This document shows positions 62,094 to 64,000 of a stretch of DNA of 64,000 nt, piece by piece. The position numbers and the translations under genes are program-made. The notes below the pieces were generated by a model. It was not told where the DNA came from. It worked only from the letters and a program-made list of their open reading frames with translations, and made no database searches. Every line of letters begins with the position of its first letter. Position 1 is the stretch's first letter. The stretch comes from Mobula birostris (taxonomy: Eukaryota). The stretch spans positions 21,090,254 through 21,154,253 of the forward strand of contig NC_092398.1 of the NCBI RefSeq assembly GCF_030028105.1. The letters are read 5' to 3'.

Positions 62094-64000
62094 TTCAAAG
62101 GAGATGTGGGGGGTAAGTTTTTCGCTCAGAGAGTGCTGGATGCCTGGAATGTGCTGCCTCTTATGGTGGTGTGGCAAATGCATTAAAGACTTTTAAGAAA
62201 CATTTGGATCAGCACATGGAGCTGAGGAGATAGAGGGATACAGACATGGAGTAGGTAAAAGGGATTAGTTTATTTGGAGGGGTTTGATTTGGCTGGTTCA
62301 GCACAACTTTGTGGGCCAGATGGTCCATTTCTGTGCTCTTCTGTTCTATGTTATCAGTCTATCTACTCATGTGACCACTTTCAGGGAGCTGTGGACTTGG
62401 ACCCCAAGATCCTTCTGTTATTCATCATCGCTCCCTACATTCCTGCCGTTTCCTGGATACTTTGCCTGAACTTTTCATCCTGCAAAGTTAAACACCTCAC
62501 TTCATCCAGAGTTTACAATCAAAACATCAGTTAAAATCAATTTCTGTACACGGCTGGAAGCCCAAGAACAGTTTATTTGTCGTAAACGCTGGGAAACCAC
62601 TAGATCCTTATTTTAAAATGCCTCATGTTCATCTGGATTAAACTTCATCTGCCATTTCTCTGCCCACATTTCCAACTGTTCTCTATCCTGATGAATTCTT
62701 TGACACCGTGACTCACTATCAACAACGTTAGTCTCACATTTAACAATCAGCTAGCTACACTTTCGTCCGGATGATGGAAATGTGATTTAAATGAAACCTT
62801 TTGGATATTGAAAGGCTGAGAGATAATGGACGTAGAGAGGATGTTTCCTATACTGGGGGAGTCTAGGACCAGAGGGCACAGCTTCAGAATAGAGGGACTT
62901 CCCTTTAGAAAGGAGGTGAGGAAGAATTCCTTTAGGCAGAAGGTGGTGAATCTGTGGAACTATTGCCACAGATAGCTGTGAATGCCAGGACATTGCATAT
63001 ATTTAAAGTGGAGGTGGATAGGTTCTGGATTCGTCAGAGCGTTAATGGGAAGAAAGCAGGAGATTGGAGTTGAGAGGGATCATAATCGATGTAAAGGTGG
63101 AGCAGACTCAACAGGCCTCATGGCCTAATTCTGCTCCTATGCCTTGTGTCCTCCAGCTTCAGTTCTGAATGCAAGTTCACAATCACCATTCATCGTCATG
63201 TTCCGGAGCAGTTTACCATGGGGGGCCTTCTTAAATGCCTTACTGAAGTCCATGTGGACAACAGCCACTCTCCTACCCTTGCCAATCGCCTTCGTCACCT
63301 CCTGAAAAAGCTCAGCCAAGCCTGTCTGCCATGACCTGCTCTGTAAAAGGCCACGCTCACATCCCTCCTCTTCATTGACTGGGGGTCTCTCAGAACACCC
63401 AGCACCACCACCTCCTTAATCTCAGCGTTCCCGTGCAAATTAGCAAGGCCCACACCATGCTCACTACCTTTCTTGTCCTTTTCCATGCTAGATTCCAACA
63501 CAAGTTAGTCGCACGGTACCCCACCCCTGTCCTGTGACTCCAAACATAAGCACCTCCCTCGGTTCCCGACCCTCAAGTCCTCAAAAAAGTGGCGTCCGTC
63601 ATTAAGAACCCCCATCACCCAAGCCACGCCTTGTTTTCATTGATACCATCAGGAAGGAGGTACAGAAGCCTGAAGTCACACACTCAATGATTCAGGAACA
63701 GCTTCTTCCCATCTGCCAGCAGATCTCTGAATAGGCATTGAACCCAGGAACACTACCTCACTGCTTTTTTATTTCTATTTTTGCACTACTTATTGAATTT
63801 AACTATTATATATATACTTGCTGTAATTCAGTTTTTTCTCTATTATTATGTATTGCAATGCATTGTACACAGTCAATAAATTTCACAACATATGCCAGAG
63901 ATTCTGATTCTGGTTCAATACAATACCTTGGGATTCTCTTTTATCTCACTCACCAAGGAGACTACTGCCCACCTTCTTGAGTTCTATCCTGCATACATTT

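Larger units (their letters stand above)
47724..64000. repeat. Tandem segmental duplication unit 4 (runs off the window end)
   Basis: Near-identical to unit 3; the window end matches unit 3 position about 46125. Confidence 0.95.

Overview
Eukaryotic (vertebrate) genomic DNA. The repeat content (CR1 LINEs with (TTCTATGT)n tails, V-SINE, Rex1/Babar ends, Penelope-type hammerhead remnants, Tc1) suggests a cartilaginous fish such as a ray; this is inference. The whole window is a head-to-tail tandem segmental duplication of four units starting at about 1, 13362, 29427 and 47724 (13.4, 16.1, 18.3 and >16.3 kb). Each unit carries one intact minus-strand 345-aa class A GPCR of the anaphylatoxin/chemoattractant receptor family (C3aR/C5aR-like). 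Each gene has a single coding exon, a 1.7-2.3 kb purine/pyrimidine-skewed intron, a putative non-coding first exon, a myeloid-type motif cluster and an adjoining 52-bp VNTR. The receptors form two subtypes (A: copies 1-2; B: copies 3-4). Their first 28 codons differ at 21 nt, all in amino-acid-changing codons, while the rest of the protein is about 94% identical, which points to ligand-site diversification. The remainder of each unit is nested, decayed transposable elements with unit-specific insertions, deletions and mosaic (conversion-like) patterns. No CRISPR array, tRNA, rRNA or intact autonomous transposon is supported.
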